A stretch of DNA of 63,961 bases, counting the filler, from Lama guanicoe (lineage: Eukaryota), in assembly GCA_013239625.1 (NCBI GenBank). It is 208 parts of 208 records of this genome, joined end to end, with 100 filler letters (N's around TTAATTAATTAA, not from the genome) between each part and the next. Parts side by side here need not be neighbours in the genome. Positions count along the whole stretch, not along the records: positions 51,744 to 51,951 come from PNXV01034953.1; positions 52,052 to 52,259 come from PNXV01034954.1; positions 52,360 to 52,567 come from PNXV01034955.1; positions 52,668 to 52,875 come from PNXV01034956.1; positions 52,976 to 53,183 come from PNXV01034957.1; positions 53,284 to 53,491 come from PNXV01034958.1; positions 53,592 to 53,799 come from PNXV01034959.1; positions 53,900 to 54,107 come from PNXV01034960.1; 200 more parts are not named here. One strand, given 5' to 3'. Position numbers and translations under genes: made by a program. Below, in pieces: positions 51,644 through 62,730 of the stretch. The number at the start of each line of letters is the position of its first letter. Positions within the stretch are counted from its first letter, which is position 1. The notes under the pieces are model-generated. The model had not been told where the DNA came from and ran no database searches. It saw only the letters and a program-made list of their open reading frames with translations.

Positions 51644-53591
51644 NNNNNNNNNNNNNNNNNNNNNNNNNNNNNNNNNNNNNNNNNNNNTTAATTAATTAAN
51701 NNNNNNNNNNNNNNNNNNNNNNNNNNNNNNNNNNNNNNNNNNNGTACTGGTATCTCCATTAAAAATAAATACATAAATAAAACGAATTAACCCCCCCCCC
51801 ATTGAAAAAAACCTAACAATCAGTTTGAAGATGCTGGCTCCCACCCAGTCAGTGTTCAAGCCTCTCCCCTATCCCAGGTACTTTGTAAGACACCGATCGT
51901 ACGTTTTAGAGCAGATTCCTAAAAACAGCCTGAGATGAAAGCTTATGTGCTNNNNNNNNNNNNNNNNNNNNNNNNNNNNNNNNNNNNNNNNNNNNTTAAT
52001 TAATTAANNNNNNNNNNNNNNNNNNNNNNNNNNNNNNNNNNNNNNNNNNNNAGGGATCTGACTCAATGACACAACTAATACGTTGGTGGGAGTCCAGGTT
52101 AGTGATGCTTACAGTCCAGGTAGTTTCGGGAGCTACAGTCACTGAATTATTGAAAACACTGTAATTCACTGAATTTGCCTTTTCCACCCAATATTTGCCT
52201 CTTCATCAATGCTGGCACCAGAGCAGCAGCAGGCACCGGTTTGGGCAGGGGCTGCAGGTNNNNNNNNNNNNNNNNNNNNNNNNNNNNNNNNNNNNNNNNN
52301 NNNTTAATTAATTAANNNNNNNNNNNNNNNNNNNNNNNNNNNNNNNNNNNNNNNNNNNNCACCCCATTCAATTCAAAGAAATATTTTTGAGTAACCACTA
52401 GATATGAAGCATTAGGCTAGATGATGGGGCTAGGGAGAGACATAAAAATTAATCAGCTAGTTTCTGTGTTTGAGGAACACCTCTGCTAGTTATAAATACT
52501 GACTTTAAACATATACTCTGCTATGATGTATTTTTTTATTTGTAGAGATAAAAGTCTGTAAACATCANNNNNNNNNNNNNNNNNNNNNNNNNNNNNNNNN
52601 NNNNNNNNNNNTTAATTAATTAANNNNNNNNNNNNNNNNNNNNNNNNNNNNNNNNNNNNNNNNNNNNTAAACTTTTATAAGTCCTGCCTCACTTTGGAAC
52701 ATCGCTCTTGTTCAGTCCTTGAAAGGATGTTTACGATGAGGAACCATGGTCTGTCACATTGAACCACTCTGCCCTCAGCGCCTGGGAGAGAGAGACGCCT
52801 TTACCACCACCACCTGCCGGGAGGCACCGGCTCACCGTCCCCGCTTCGGCTGCGCGCCCTGGCCTCCCTCCCGCANNNNNNNNNNNNNNNNNNNNNNNNN
52901 NNNNNNNNNNNNNNNNNNNTTAATTAATTAANNNNNNNNNNNNNNNNNNNNNNNNNNNNNNNNNNNNNNNNNNNNGCACCCACTCTGCATAAGACATTGA
53001 GAAAGCCCTGAGGATACAAAGTTAACTTGGTCACAAGCCTGTTATTTAAGACCATATAGTTAGAAAAAATTTATAAGAATTCCTTTCAAGAGCAAAATTT
53101 TCTGCTGGCAGTATTTCTCTGGGATCCAGAAAAGGAGAATGGGTTTGGTTACAAATTTCTCTGTGAGGTTTTGTCCTTATCAANNNNNNNNNNNNNNNNN
53201 NNNNNNNNNNNNNNNNNNNNNNNNNNNTTAATTAATTAANNNNNNNNNNNNNNNNNNNNNNNNNNNNNNNNNNNNNNNNNNNNTGACAGGTTGTATCAAC
53301 AGCACGGACAGCGCTCTCCAAAGTGGCGACGGAGAAGGGAGTCCAGCTGGCCCTGAGAGCCGAGAGCCAGAGGGGAGACGGGATGGCTTTGCCTAGCGCG
53401 GGGGTTGCCAGGCTGTGGCCCCCGGACCAGCAGCCTCTGCGTCGTCTGAGAACTTGCTGGGGAAGGACATTCTGGCCTCACCCCACAGCTCNNNNNNNNN
53501 NNNNNNNNNNNNNNNNNNNNNNNNNNNNNNNNNNNTTAATTAATTAANNNNNNNNNNNNNNNNNNNNNNNNNNNNNNNNNNNNNNNNNNNN

Positions 53592-53799
53592 CGGCCGGGC
53601 GAGCCGCACTTGGCATGCTCTGTGGCCTGGGCAGGTTGGGGCTGCGAGGCGACAGCTCCGGCTCCGGAGCCGGGAGGCGAGATTGAGCAGGGAGACTCGG
53701 GGGCTGGGGAAGGAGGGAGCGGCCGGTCGCGAGGGGCGGCGGGGCCCGGAGCCGGGACACGCGGAGCCCGGCGCGCGGGCGCAGCGGGCCGGCGCTGCC
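53592..53799. promoter_or_regulatory. CpG island fragment, possible first exon on the minus strand
   Basis: Very high GC and CpG content; GC box; minus-strand ATG at 53616..53614. Confidence 0.7.
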
Positions 53800-55439
53800 N
53801 NNNNNNNNNNNNNNNNNNNNNNNNNNNNNNNNNNNNNNNNNNNTTAATTAATTAANNNNNNNNNNNNNNNNNNNNNNNNNNNNNNNNNNNNNNNNNNNNT
53901 TCAAAGCTTAACACAAGTGGTAGCAATATGTAGTAATTCCCTCAATGAACTGTTATGTTAAGCTTTTAAGTCAACTCAATCCCATTTTTTATTAAATGCT
54001 CTCAATTGTTAGTGTACCATAAAGATAATTAGCATGTGACAGTTACAGAAAAATAAGCTGGCCTTCATGCATGACTACTGACATTTTACTCTTTACTTCC
54101 ACCTTTGNNNNNNNNNNNNNNNNNNNNNNNNNNNNNNNNNNNNNNNNNNNNTTAATTAATTAANNNNNNNNNNNNNNNNNNNNNNNNNNNNNNNNNNNNN
54201 NNNNNNNTATTCTCTTTTCTCAGTATGTTTCGTAATGCTGGCTAGAAGTTCATGCACTATTCATTATAAATTAAAGTTGGAGATAGCACCAACCCTTATA
54301 AAGGTATGTAGCGTTTATTCAAACAGAAAAGAAACTTACTGGTCCCAACAAAAAACCTGAAAAACAGCTTTCACACACACACTTAGCTCTTAGAACTGAG
54401 ATTGTGGACAGACAANNNNNNNNNNNNNNNNNNNNNNNNNNNNNNNNNNNNNNNNNNNNTTAATTAATTAANNNNNNNNNNNNNNNNNNNNNNNNNNNNN
54501 NNNNNNNNNNNNNNNGGTCATGTGATAATTATGTATGTTGATATACACCCTCACACACACACACATAGAGTGACTTTCAGCGCCGGGTCCTACACTCGAA
54601 TCGCGGGTTAGCTCGTGCACACGTGCGTTACCACAGAATCATCACGGCTGAACCTCCCGGCTTCTGCAGGACGCAACAAACTATGATTCCAATTTTATAG
54701 ACGACAAATGGAGAACTGGAAGANNNNNNNNNNNNNNNNNNNNNNNNNNNNNNNNNNNNNNNNNNNNTTAATTAATTAANNNNNNNNNNNNNNNNNNNNN
54801 NNNNNNNNNNNNNNNNNNNNNNNCAAGGACAGCCCAAAGGAATGAGTAGCCTGCTAGTCCAATTAAATGAACACACTTAATGTGTGGACAAGCAAGAGGA
54901 TAAAAAGCTTAAAGAAGATAATTTAATCAGAGGGAAAAGAGCCGCCCCAATAGAATAATGAATATATGGTCAAAAAGGAATTGTCTGATTTCTGGCTGTA
55001 TTTAAACCCCAAATTCTGCCCATTTAGATCTNNNNNNNNNNNNNNNNNNNNNNNNNNNNNNNNNNNNNNNNNNNNTTAATTAATTAANNNNNNNNNNNNN
55101 NNNNNNNNNNNNNNNNNNNNNNNNNNNNNNNGCTGTATATATGACACTAGCATATTTAAAATAAAATTTTAATCAACAACATAAGATTACCTGTGACACT
55201 TACTTAAAAATACTGCTTCTTGTCACCTTCTGACTCACTGAACTCGAATTTACACTTTGGCTTTGTGTTGTCTTCTTCTGATTGTGTGTGATGATGGTGA
55301 GTGTGGGTTCAGGAACTTGTATGAAACAAGGCCAGCCAGNNNNNNNNNNNNNNNNNNNNNNNNNNNNNNNNNNNNNNNNNNNNTTAATTAATTAANNNNN
55401 NNNNNNNNNNNNNNNNNNNNNNNNNNNNNNNNNNNNNNN

Positions 55440-55647
55440 GTATATGTACACAATGGAATATACTCAGCAATGAAAAAGAATGAAATTTGCCATTTCAGAG
55501 AACATGGATGGACCTAGAGGGTATTCTGCTAAGGAAAATGAGTCAGAAAAAGACAAATAACTGTATGATTTCATTTACATGTGCAACTTAAAAAAAAAAA
55601 AACATAAATACAGAGAACAGACTGGTGATTGCCAGAAGGGAGGGGTT
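55440..55647 (+). mobile_element. LINE-1 ORF2 end / 3' UTR
   Basis: acaatggaatatactcagcaatgaaaaagaatgaaatttgccattt...acatggatggacctagagggtatt. Confidence 0.9.
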
Positions 55648-57287
55648 NNNNNNNNNNNNNNNNNNNNNNNNNNNNNNNNNNNNNNNNNNNNTTAATTAAT
55701 TAANNNNNNNNNNNNNNNNNNNNNNNNNNNNNNNNNNNNNNNNNNNNTCCAGGTTCTTGTTGTTCGGAAGCTCATGTCAGTCTGCTGCCGTTCATCCGTA
55801 GGTGATCTGACTTTTCACTCTGGTTGCTCTTTTTTTAAAAAAAATTTTTTTGTTGGAGTAGAGTTGATTTGCAATGTTGTGCTAGCTCCTGGTGTGCAGC
55901 ACAGTGATGCAGTTTTATGCATATTCTTTTTCAGATTCTTTATCATTATAGGTCANNNNNNNNNNNNNNNNNNNNNNNNNNNNNNNNNNNNNNNNNNNNT
56001 TAATTAATTAANNNNNNNNNNNNNNNNNNNNNNNNNNNNNNNNNNNNNNNNNNNNGTGCGGCACGGGGTCAGGCGTCATGGAGCTGCAGGCTTCACACAC
56101 AGGGCTCGCTGGGCGCATGGACCCCCCAGCCAAACACTGATACACGGCCAGCGTGGCGGCCTGGGCCAGTGAGAGCGGAGCCGGGGCCATCAGTCGGGGG
56201 GAGCAGGGAGTCTAGGAAAATGGAAATTGCAGACAACCACTGCCAACTGCAGTGCAGAATTGTNNNNNNNNNNNNNNNNNNNNNNNNNNNNNNNNNNNNN
56301 NNNNNNNTTAATTAATTAANNNNNNNNNNNNNNNNNNNNNNNNNNNNNNNNNNNNNNNNNNNNCTAACTTTGTGCACCTATTTAAAGAAATTGCACCTGG
56401 TATGTAATGATGAGGCAACAGAGGTGCAGCTGGTGGAAGTCATCGTAAGTGACGGTCCTATCTGCCAATTATTTCAGAGAAAAAAGCCTTGGCCGTATGT
56501 CAAAAGACTAGCTTTTCATTTGAAACAAAACTTTCAATTCATGTAAGCGATATTTTGTATCTCTCCACTGTNNNNNNNNNNNNNNNNNNNNNNNNNNNNN
56601 NNNNNNNNNNNNNNNTTAATTAATTAANNNNNNNNNNNNNNNNNNNNNNNNNNNNNNNNNNNNNNNNNNNNCAGTTAACCGGGCTCCTAGGGCCGTGCCC
56701 GGGACTGAACAGGGAGCTTGGGGGCAAAGTGTGTTCTGGAGCACCTTCTTGCTGTCCTCAGAGCCCTGGGCCCAGGCGTAGTGACCCTGTAAGTCTCATC
56801 CAGGGGTGGGCAGTGGGTGGGCCCTCTACGCCTGAGGTGGAGGCCACTGGTGAGCACTCCATGGACCTGGCTGCAGCCCNNNNNNNNNNNNNNNNNNNNN
56901 NNNNNNNNNNNNNNNNNNNNNNNTTAATTAATTAANNNNNNNNNNNNNNNNNNNNNNNNNNNNNNNNNNNNNNNNNNNNGGTTTCCTGTGATAGCTGAGC
57001 AGAACTGGAGGTCCTGATCAAGGCGCCTGGAGCCCTGTGGGGCCTTGACCTTGGACCCGACCACCCCTGTTCTGCTCTCATCCCCTCACTGCATCTGTAG
57101 CCTCACTGATCTCACTGTTCACAAACATCACGTCCCTTCAACCACAGGGCCTTGCACATGCTTGCTCTCTCTCTCTTCCCGGGACACNNNNNNNNNNNNN
57201 NNNNNNNNNNNNNNNNNNNNNNNNNNNNNNNTTAATTAATTAANNNNNNNNNNNNNNNNNNNNNNNNNNNNNNNNNNNNNNNNNNNN

Positions 57288-57494
57288 ATTCTCAGTGCGT
57301 GGGGGAGCTCGAGAGACAACTCCACGCAGCTCTGTTAAATCACAAGTGTTCCCTGTTCGGGGAAGTCCGAGAAATAACTTTCCAGACCTTGGGGTGGCAG
57401 CCCCTGTCCCTGGGATTTCCTGCAAACTCCCCTAACATTCCCTGCCAGAGAGACATTAGGAAAACCTTCAGGCGAGTCGAGCTTTGGCATTCCG
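57288..57494 (-). repeat. Satellite DNA, ~266-bp monomer family (copy C; 207-bp contig)
   Basis: Reverse complement aligns to copies A and B, with the same 115-bp motif spacing as copy B. Confidence 0.85.
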
Positions 57495-57902
57495 NNNNNN
57501 NNNNNNNNNNNNNNNNNNNNNNNNNNNNNNNNNNNNNNTTAATTAATTAANNNNNNNNNNNNNNNNNNNNNNNNNNNNNNNNNNNNNNNNNNNNTACTTA
57601 GACTATTTTTAGACCATGTTAACACCTCCTTAATTTGAGTAGGTTGACCTTAACATGTTAGGCATTTTAATAATTACCTTGGGAACTGCAGAAAGTTCTC
57701 TTCTTTGTAACTTAAGGTTTCTCTGAAATTTAGTGAAATATCAAATGCCACTGATTCATTTGATTTCAAATGCTGGTTTCAAATTCAATGTTCACAGATT
57801 GTNNNNNNNNNNNNNNNNNNNNNNNNNNNNNNNNNNNNNNNNNNNNTTAATTAATTAANNNNNNNNNNNNNNNNNNNNNNNNNNNNNNNNNNNNNNNNNN
57901 NN

Positions 57903-58110
57903 CACTGCTGGTGGCAATGAAGTTTGGTGCAGCCAATGTGGAAAACAGGATTCAGAATCCTCAAAAGCCTTGGAATCGACTAACCAAATGTCGTAGGAAT
58001 CCAGCTTCTGGGCATAAATCCAGAAGGAATCACATTTCAGAATGACACCTACACCCTAATGTTCATAGCCAGCAATATTTACAATAGCAAAGACATGGAA
58101 ACAGCCTAAA
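57903..58110 (+). mobile_element. LINE-1 ORF2 C-terminal fragment
   Basis: cactgctggtggcaatg...tggtgcagcca.tgtggaaaacag...atgttcatagc...tatttacaatagcaaagacatggaaacagcctaaa. Confidence 0.85.
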
Positions 58111-58859
58111 NNNNNNNNNNNNNNNNNNNNNNNNNNNNNNNNNNNNNNNNNNNNTTAATTAATTAANNNNNNNNNNNNNNNNNNNNNNNNNNNNNNNNNN
58201 NNNNNNNNNNCCACTGGTTTGAACATCCATTGATGATTCTTGTCTGAAGCAGTTATTAATACAGTGGTTGCCAAATCATGCTTTTCTAATAAGTCTCCAC
58301 ATATTAGTTCTGAATACTATTTTCCAACGAAAGGAGCTTGGATCCTTGAAGAAAGGCTGATCTCAGGGCTAGTGATGAGAAAATGCAAGATAAGCTTGGA
58401 GTATCCTGTGGAACAAGCNNNNNNNNNNNNNNNNNNNNNNNNNNNNNNNNNNNNNNNNNNNNTTAATTAATTAANNNNNNNNNNNNNNNNNNNNNNNNNN
58501 NNNNNNNNNNNNNNNNNNTGTGCTCCATTGCTCAAAGCAGTCGCAGGCTGATCTGTTTTTAATAGGAAGGTAAATGGACTTCACCTCACAGCGGGAGGAG
58601 TGTCAAAGAATTTGTAGACACCCTTAACCCTACCACAATTACTCTTTTTTTTTTTTTATTGAAGTCTAGTTGATTTGCAGTGTTGTGTTAACTTCTGGTG
58701 TATAGCATAGTGATCCATTTATAATANNNNNNNNNNNNNNNNNNNNNNNNNNNNNNNNNNNNNNNNNNNNTTAATTAATTAANNNNNNNNNNNNNNNNNN
58801 NNNNNNNNNNNNNNNNNNNNNNNNNNAGCACGTGCCATGTCCCTGAACCAACGCCATAG

Positions 58860-59034
58860 CAGGGAGCCCACATCATCTCCACGAGCCCGGGTCATCTCCC
58901 TGAGCCCGCATCATCTCTCCGAGCCAACATCTCCCGAAGCCAACCTCATCTCCCCAAGTCTAAATCATCTCTCCAAGCCCACATATTTCCAAACCCACAT
59001 CTTCCCAAGCGCACATCAGCTCTCCAAGTCCACG
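58860..59034 (+). repeat. Degenerate ~16-19-bp minisatellite, consensus near CCCACATCATCTCTCCAAG
   Basis: About nine to ten imperfect units containing catct(c) and agcc. Confidence 0.75.
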
Positions 59035-59134
59035 NNNNNNNNNNNNNNNNNNNNNNNNNNNNNNNNNNNNNNNNNNNNTTAATTAATTAANNNNNNNNNN
59101 NNNNNNNNNNNNNNNNNNNNNNNNNNNNNNNNNN

Positions 59135-59342
59135 GCTTGTTTAGGTCTTCTGCCCATTTTTGGATTGGGTTGTTTTGGTTTTTCCTTATTAAGTTATATG
59201 AGCTGTTTATATAGTCTGGAAATTAAGCCCTTGTCATTCTCATCTTTTGCAAATATCTTCTCCCATTCCGTAGGCTGTCTTTTTGTTTTGCCTATAGTTT
59301 CCTTTGCTGTGCAAGAGCTTGTAAGTTTAATTAGGTCCCATT
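59135..59342 (-). mobile_element. LINE-1 ORF2 fragment (relatively young)
   Basis: tttaggtcttctgcccatttttggattgggttg...tttgcaaatatcttctcccattccgtaggctgtc...gtttaattaggtcccatt. Confidence 0.92.
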
Positions 59343-60366
59343 NNNNNNNNNNNNNNNNNNNNNNNNNNNNNNNNNNNNNNNNNNNNTTAATTAATTAANN
59401 NNNNNNNNNNNNNNNNNNNNNNNNNNNNNNNNNNNNNNNNNNGGCTGCAGACAGACGCGACAGTTTCTTTTTTCGTTGCTGTTATTATGGTTGCTGTTGT
59501 TTTTAATTCTGTAATCAAGTGAGATTAGTAAATACTGCAGGCCACAATAAATTTTAAGCTTCTAAAAAATCTTACGGTATTTTCCAAGCTTATTTAACTC
59601 GCAATTTTCATCTTTTTATGTTGTAGTACCACCTATATAACTTTAAATGCNNNNNNNNNNNNNNNNNNNNNNNNNNNNNNNNNNNNNNNNNNNNTTAATT
59701 AATTAANNNNNNNNNNNNNNNNNNNNNNNNNNNNNNNNNNNNNNNNNNNNCCTTCTGTTGGACACATGCAACCGGGAATGCTTGCAGGAATTTGACCTCT
59801 AGCTTGTGGTCGTTTATGACATAAGCGCGGTGAGAAGTCATTTTAAGCAGCAGGAGAGACAGCAGCCATGCAGGTGCAGCCCCGGGCACCTGCTGGCCCA
59901 ATGAGGCCAGGCTGGGGAGGCTGCGGGGCCCTCAGACAGGGCATTTGAGGGGTCTCGGNNNNNNNNNNNNNNNNNNNNNNNNNNNNNNNNNNNNNNNNNN
60001 NNTTAATTAATTAANNNNNNNNNNNNNNNNNNNNNNNNNNNNNNNNNNNNNNNNNNNNAATTTTGGAAATTTTACTAAATAAGAATCAAGATTTGGAGGA
60101 AAGCCATTAAAGTTATTTCTATGAGCTTTTTTCGCTGAATTGTTCTTGTTTGTCTTGTGTTACTGTGTTCCTACTATGTAGACAGAACAGTTGGATTTGA
60201 ATAAGAAAGAAAGGCTAAGATCAATGAAATAGGTGATATTTTCAAATTGTAATTTGCATATGTATTNNNNNNNNNNNNNNNNNNNNNNNNNNNNNNNNNN
60301 NNNNNNNNNNTTAATTAATTAANNNNNNNNNNNNNNNNNNNNNNNNNNNNNNNNNNNNNNNNNNNN

Positions 60367-60499
60367 CCAAGGATGACAGGGCATTTCCAGCTGGCTGCAC
60401 CAGACCTGAGCCTCAGTGATGACATCCTGCAGACCTAGAAGATCACCTGCTCTGTCAAGGTCATCGAGGTCAACAACCCTTTTCTGGCCCTGCGGGAAG
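60367..60499 (+). pseudogene. Candidate coding exon 3' part with in-frame TAG, gene unidentified
   Basis: GC3-rich frame [43 protein letters not shown] ending at a consensus donor AAG|GTGAGT. Confidence 0.35.
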
Positions 60500-60780
60500 G
60501 TGAGTGGCCGGTCCCTGTGCCCAGGGCTAACAGGGGTGGGGCCTGCCAGGCGGCACAGCACTGGAGACCAGCGGNNNNNNNNNNNNNNNNNNNNNNNNNN
60601 NNNNNNNNNNNNNNNNNNTTAATTAATTAANNNNNNNNNNNNNNNNNNNNNNNNNNNNNNNNNNNNNNNNNNNNCCCCTCTGCCCCCAGAGAGCCAACAC
60701 CACCCTTGCACAAGCAGGCAGGGCCCAGCCCTGCATGGTCACAGCAGGCAGCACCGAGCTGGCCTAGAAACCTGCTGTCA

Positions 60781-60800
60781 CAGTGCCCCCTTGTGGCCGG
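60781..60800 (-). promoter_or_regulatory. CTCF consensus motif
   Basis: Reverse complement ccggCCACAAGGGGGCACTG is close to the CTCF core CCACNAGRKGGCRC. Confidence 0.55.
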
Positions 60801-60982
60801 CTCCAGCTAGCGGGAAGGCTAAATGTCCGCCTGGGGGCGGCCACCCACTGCCCAGGCTGTGGAGGGGGACCCCCGGCCCTCGNNNNNNNNNNNNNNNNNN
60901 NNNNNNNNNNNNNNNNNNNNNNNNNNTTAATTAATTAANNNNNNNNNNNNNNNNNNNNNNNNNNNNNNNNNNNNNNNNNNNN

Positions 60983-61190
60983 GTAGCCACTAAACATTCA
61001 TTCCCTATTCCCCCTTCCATTAGCCTTTGGCCACCACCGATCTGCTTTTTGCCTCTATGGATTTACCTGTTCTGGATATTTCCTAAAAATGGGATCATAC
61101 AGCATGTGACCTTTTGTGTCTGGCTTCTTTGACTTAGACTAATGCTTTGAGGAAATAGCACTCCTTTCTATGGCTGAGTAATATTCCATC
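60983..61190 (-). mobile_element. Old LINE-1 3' end (L1MB-like)
   Basis: ctctatggatttacctgttctggatatttc...gaccttttgtgtctggcttctt...tatggctgagtaatattccat. Confidence 0.85.
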
Positions 61191-61598
61191 NNNNNNNNNN
61201 NNNNNNNNNNNNNNNNNNNNNNNNNNNNNNNNNNTTAATTAATTAANNNNNNNNNNNNNNNNNNNNNNNNNNNNNNNNNNNNNNNNNNNNGGCAACCGGC
61301 CAAGCACTGATGCCACCGTTAACATCCATAAGACCAAATTCATGCTCTTTTACACCAATTAACTAATTCTCTGCAGTGGGAGAGTCTATCCTGTGCTTCA
61401 GATTTCCCAAGAGTGCCAAGAGGGGGAAATACGCTAACCCAGCAATAATCCACAGATCTAATTGCCTGGGAAATTCACAAAAGGATGCACCTGGCTTGNN
61501 NNNNNNNNNNNNNNNNNNNNNNNNNNNNNNNNNNNNNNNNNNTTAATTAATTAANNNNNNNNNNNNNNNNNNNNNNNNNNNNNNNNNNNNNNNNNNNN

Positions 61599-61806
61599 GT
61601 GGGAGCCCCCCGCGCCGCCACAGGCAGCGCCCCCCGGGCACGCGGCATGCGGGCGGCAGACTGGCACCTGGGAGCGCGTCCGCCAGCTCGCCGCACAGGG
61701 CGAGCCGGCGCCTTCCTGCGGGGCGGGGGCCGGGCCGGCGCGCCCCCCGGGACCCGCAGCCTGCGAGCCAGGTGCGGACGCGGCGGCGCCTGGCGATCGG
61801 CCCCGC
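61599..61806. promoter_or_regulatory. CpG island fragment
   Basis: Extremely GC- and CpG-rich; GGGGCGGGG box; gene not recognised. Confidence 0.75.
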
Positions 61807-62522
61807 NNNNNNNNNNNNNNNNNNNNNNNNNNNNNNNNNNNNNNNNNNNNTTAATTAATTAANNNNNNNNNNNNNNNNNNNNNNNNNNNNNNNNNNNNNN
61901 NNNNNNCTACCCACGTTTCCAGAGGTGACATACTTTTATGCTAGAATCTTGGGACATCTGAGCTGGTGGGCCTTTGGGGGCCCTTGTTCCCTTCTGCTGT
62001 TCACTCTGGCTGCTGTCCTGCTCCAGAGCACAAAGCATGCTGAGCTTCTGGTGCCCTGGCTGCGTGTCCTGACCACCCTGTACTCCTCAGCAGCAGCCCT
62101 CCCAAGCCCCATTCNNNNNNNNNNNNNNNNNNNNNNNNNNNNNNNNNNNNNNNNNNNNTTAATTAATTAANNNNNNNNNNNNNNNNNNNNNNNNNNNNNN
62201 NNNNNNNNNNNNNNACTCTTCTCTGAGCCTCTCACATACTCCAGGGCCTTTGCACATCTTCTGGCACAGCTTCCCTTCCTCTCTTCACTCACCTACCTTG
62301 CATTCATACTCCACCTCGCTGCTTTGTCACTTTTCAGGAAGGCTTTCCCCGAGTTTGGCTTCCTGAATCAGTTAGGGTCCAGCCAGGGCCTGGAAACTGT
62401 GATTCCAAATGGACGGGATTAANNNNNNNNNNNNNNNNNNNNNNNNNNNNNNNNNNNNNNNNNNNNTTAATTAATTAANNNNNNNNNNNNNNNNNNNNNN
62501 NNNNNNNNNNNNNNNNNNNNNN

Positions 62523-62730
62523 TTATTTCCATTGCCTGAGGAGACATATCAAAAAATATTGTTAAGACCACATAGCAGAATGTTTCCTTCTAGAAGTTTT
62601 ATGGTTTCAGGTGTTACATTTAAGTGTTTAGTCGATTTTTAGTTTTTTTTTTTCTTTATATACGGTGTGAGAAAATATTCGTTTCACTTTTTTCATGTAG
62701 CTTTCCAGTTTTCCCAATACCAATTATTGA
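62523..62730 (-). mobile_element. LINE-1 ORF2 fragment
   Basis: ttctagaagttttatggtttcaggtgttacatttaagt...catgtagctttccagttttcccaataccaattattga. Confidence 0.85.

Noticed and set aside
51996..52187. Protein-like minus-strand ORF (EKANSVNYSVFNNSVTVAPETTW...)
   Set aside because: GTG start with an in-frame stop a few codons upstream, no clear splice acceptor and no recognisable family.
30441..57550. Shared peptide motifs (QPLSLG, MGELERQLHA) in three ORFs suggesting a protein family
   Set aside because: They are incidental translations of the same satellite DNA.
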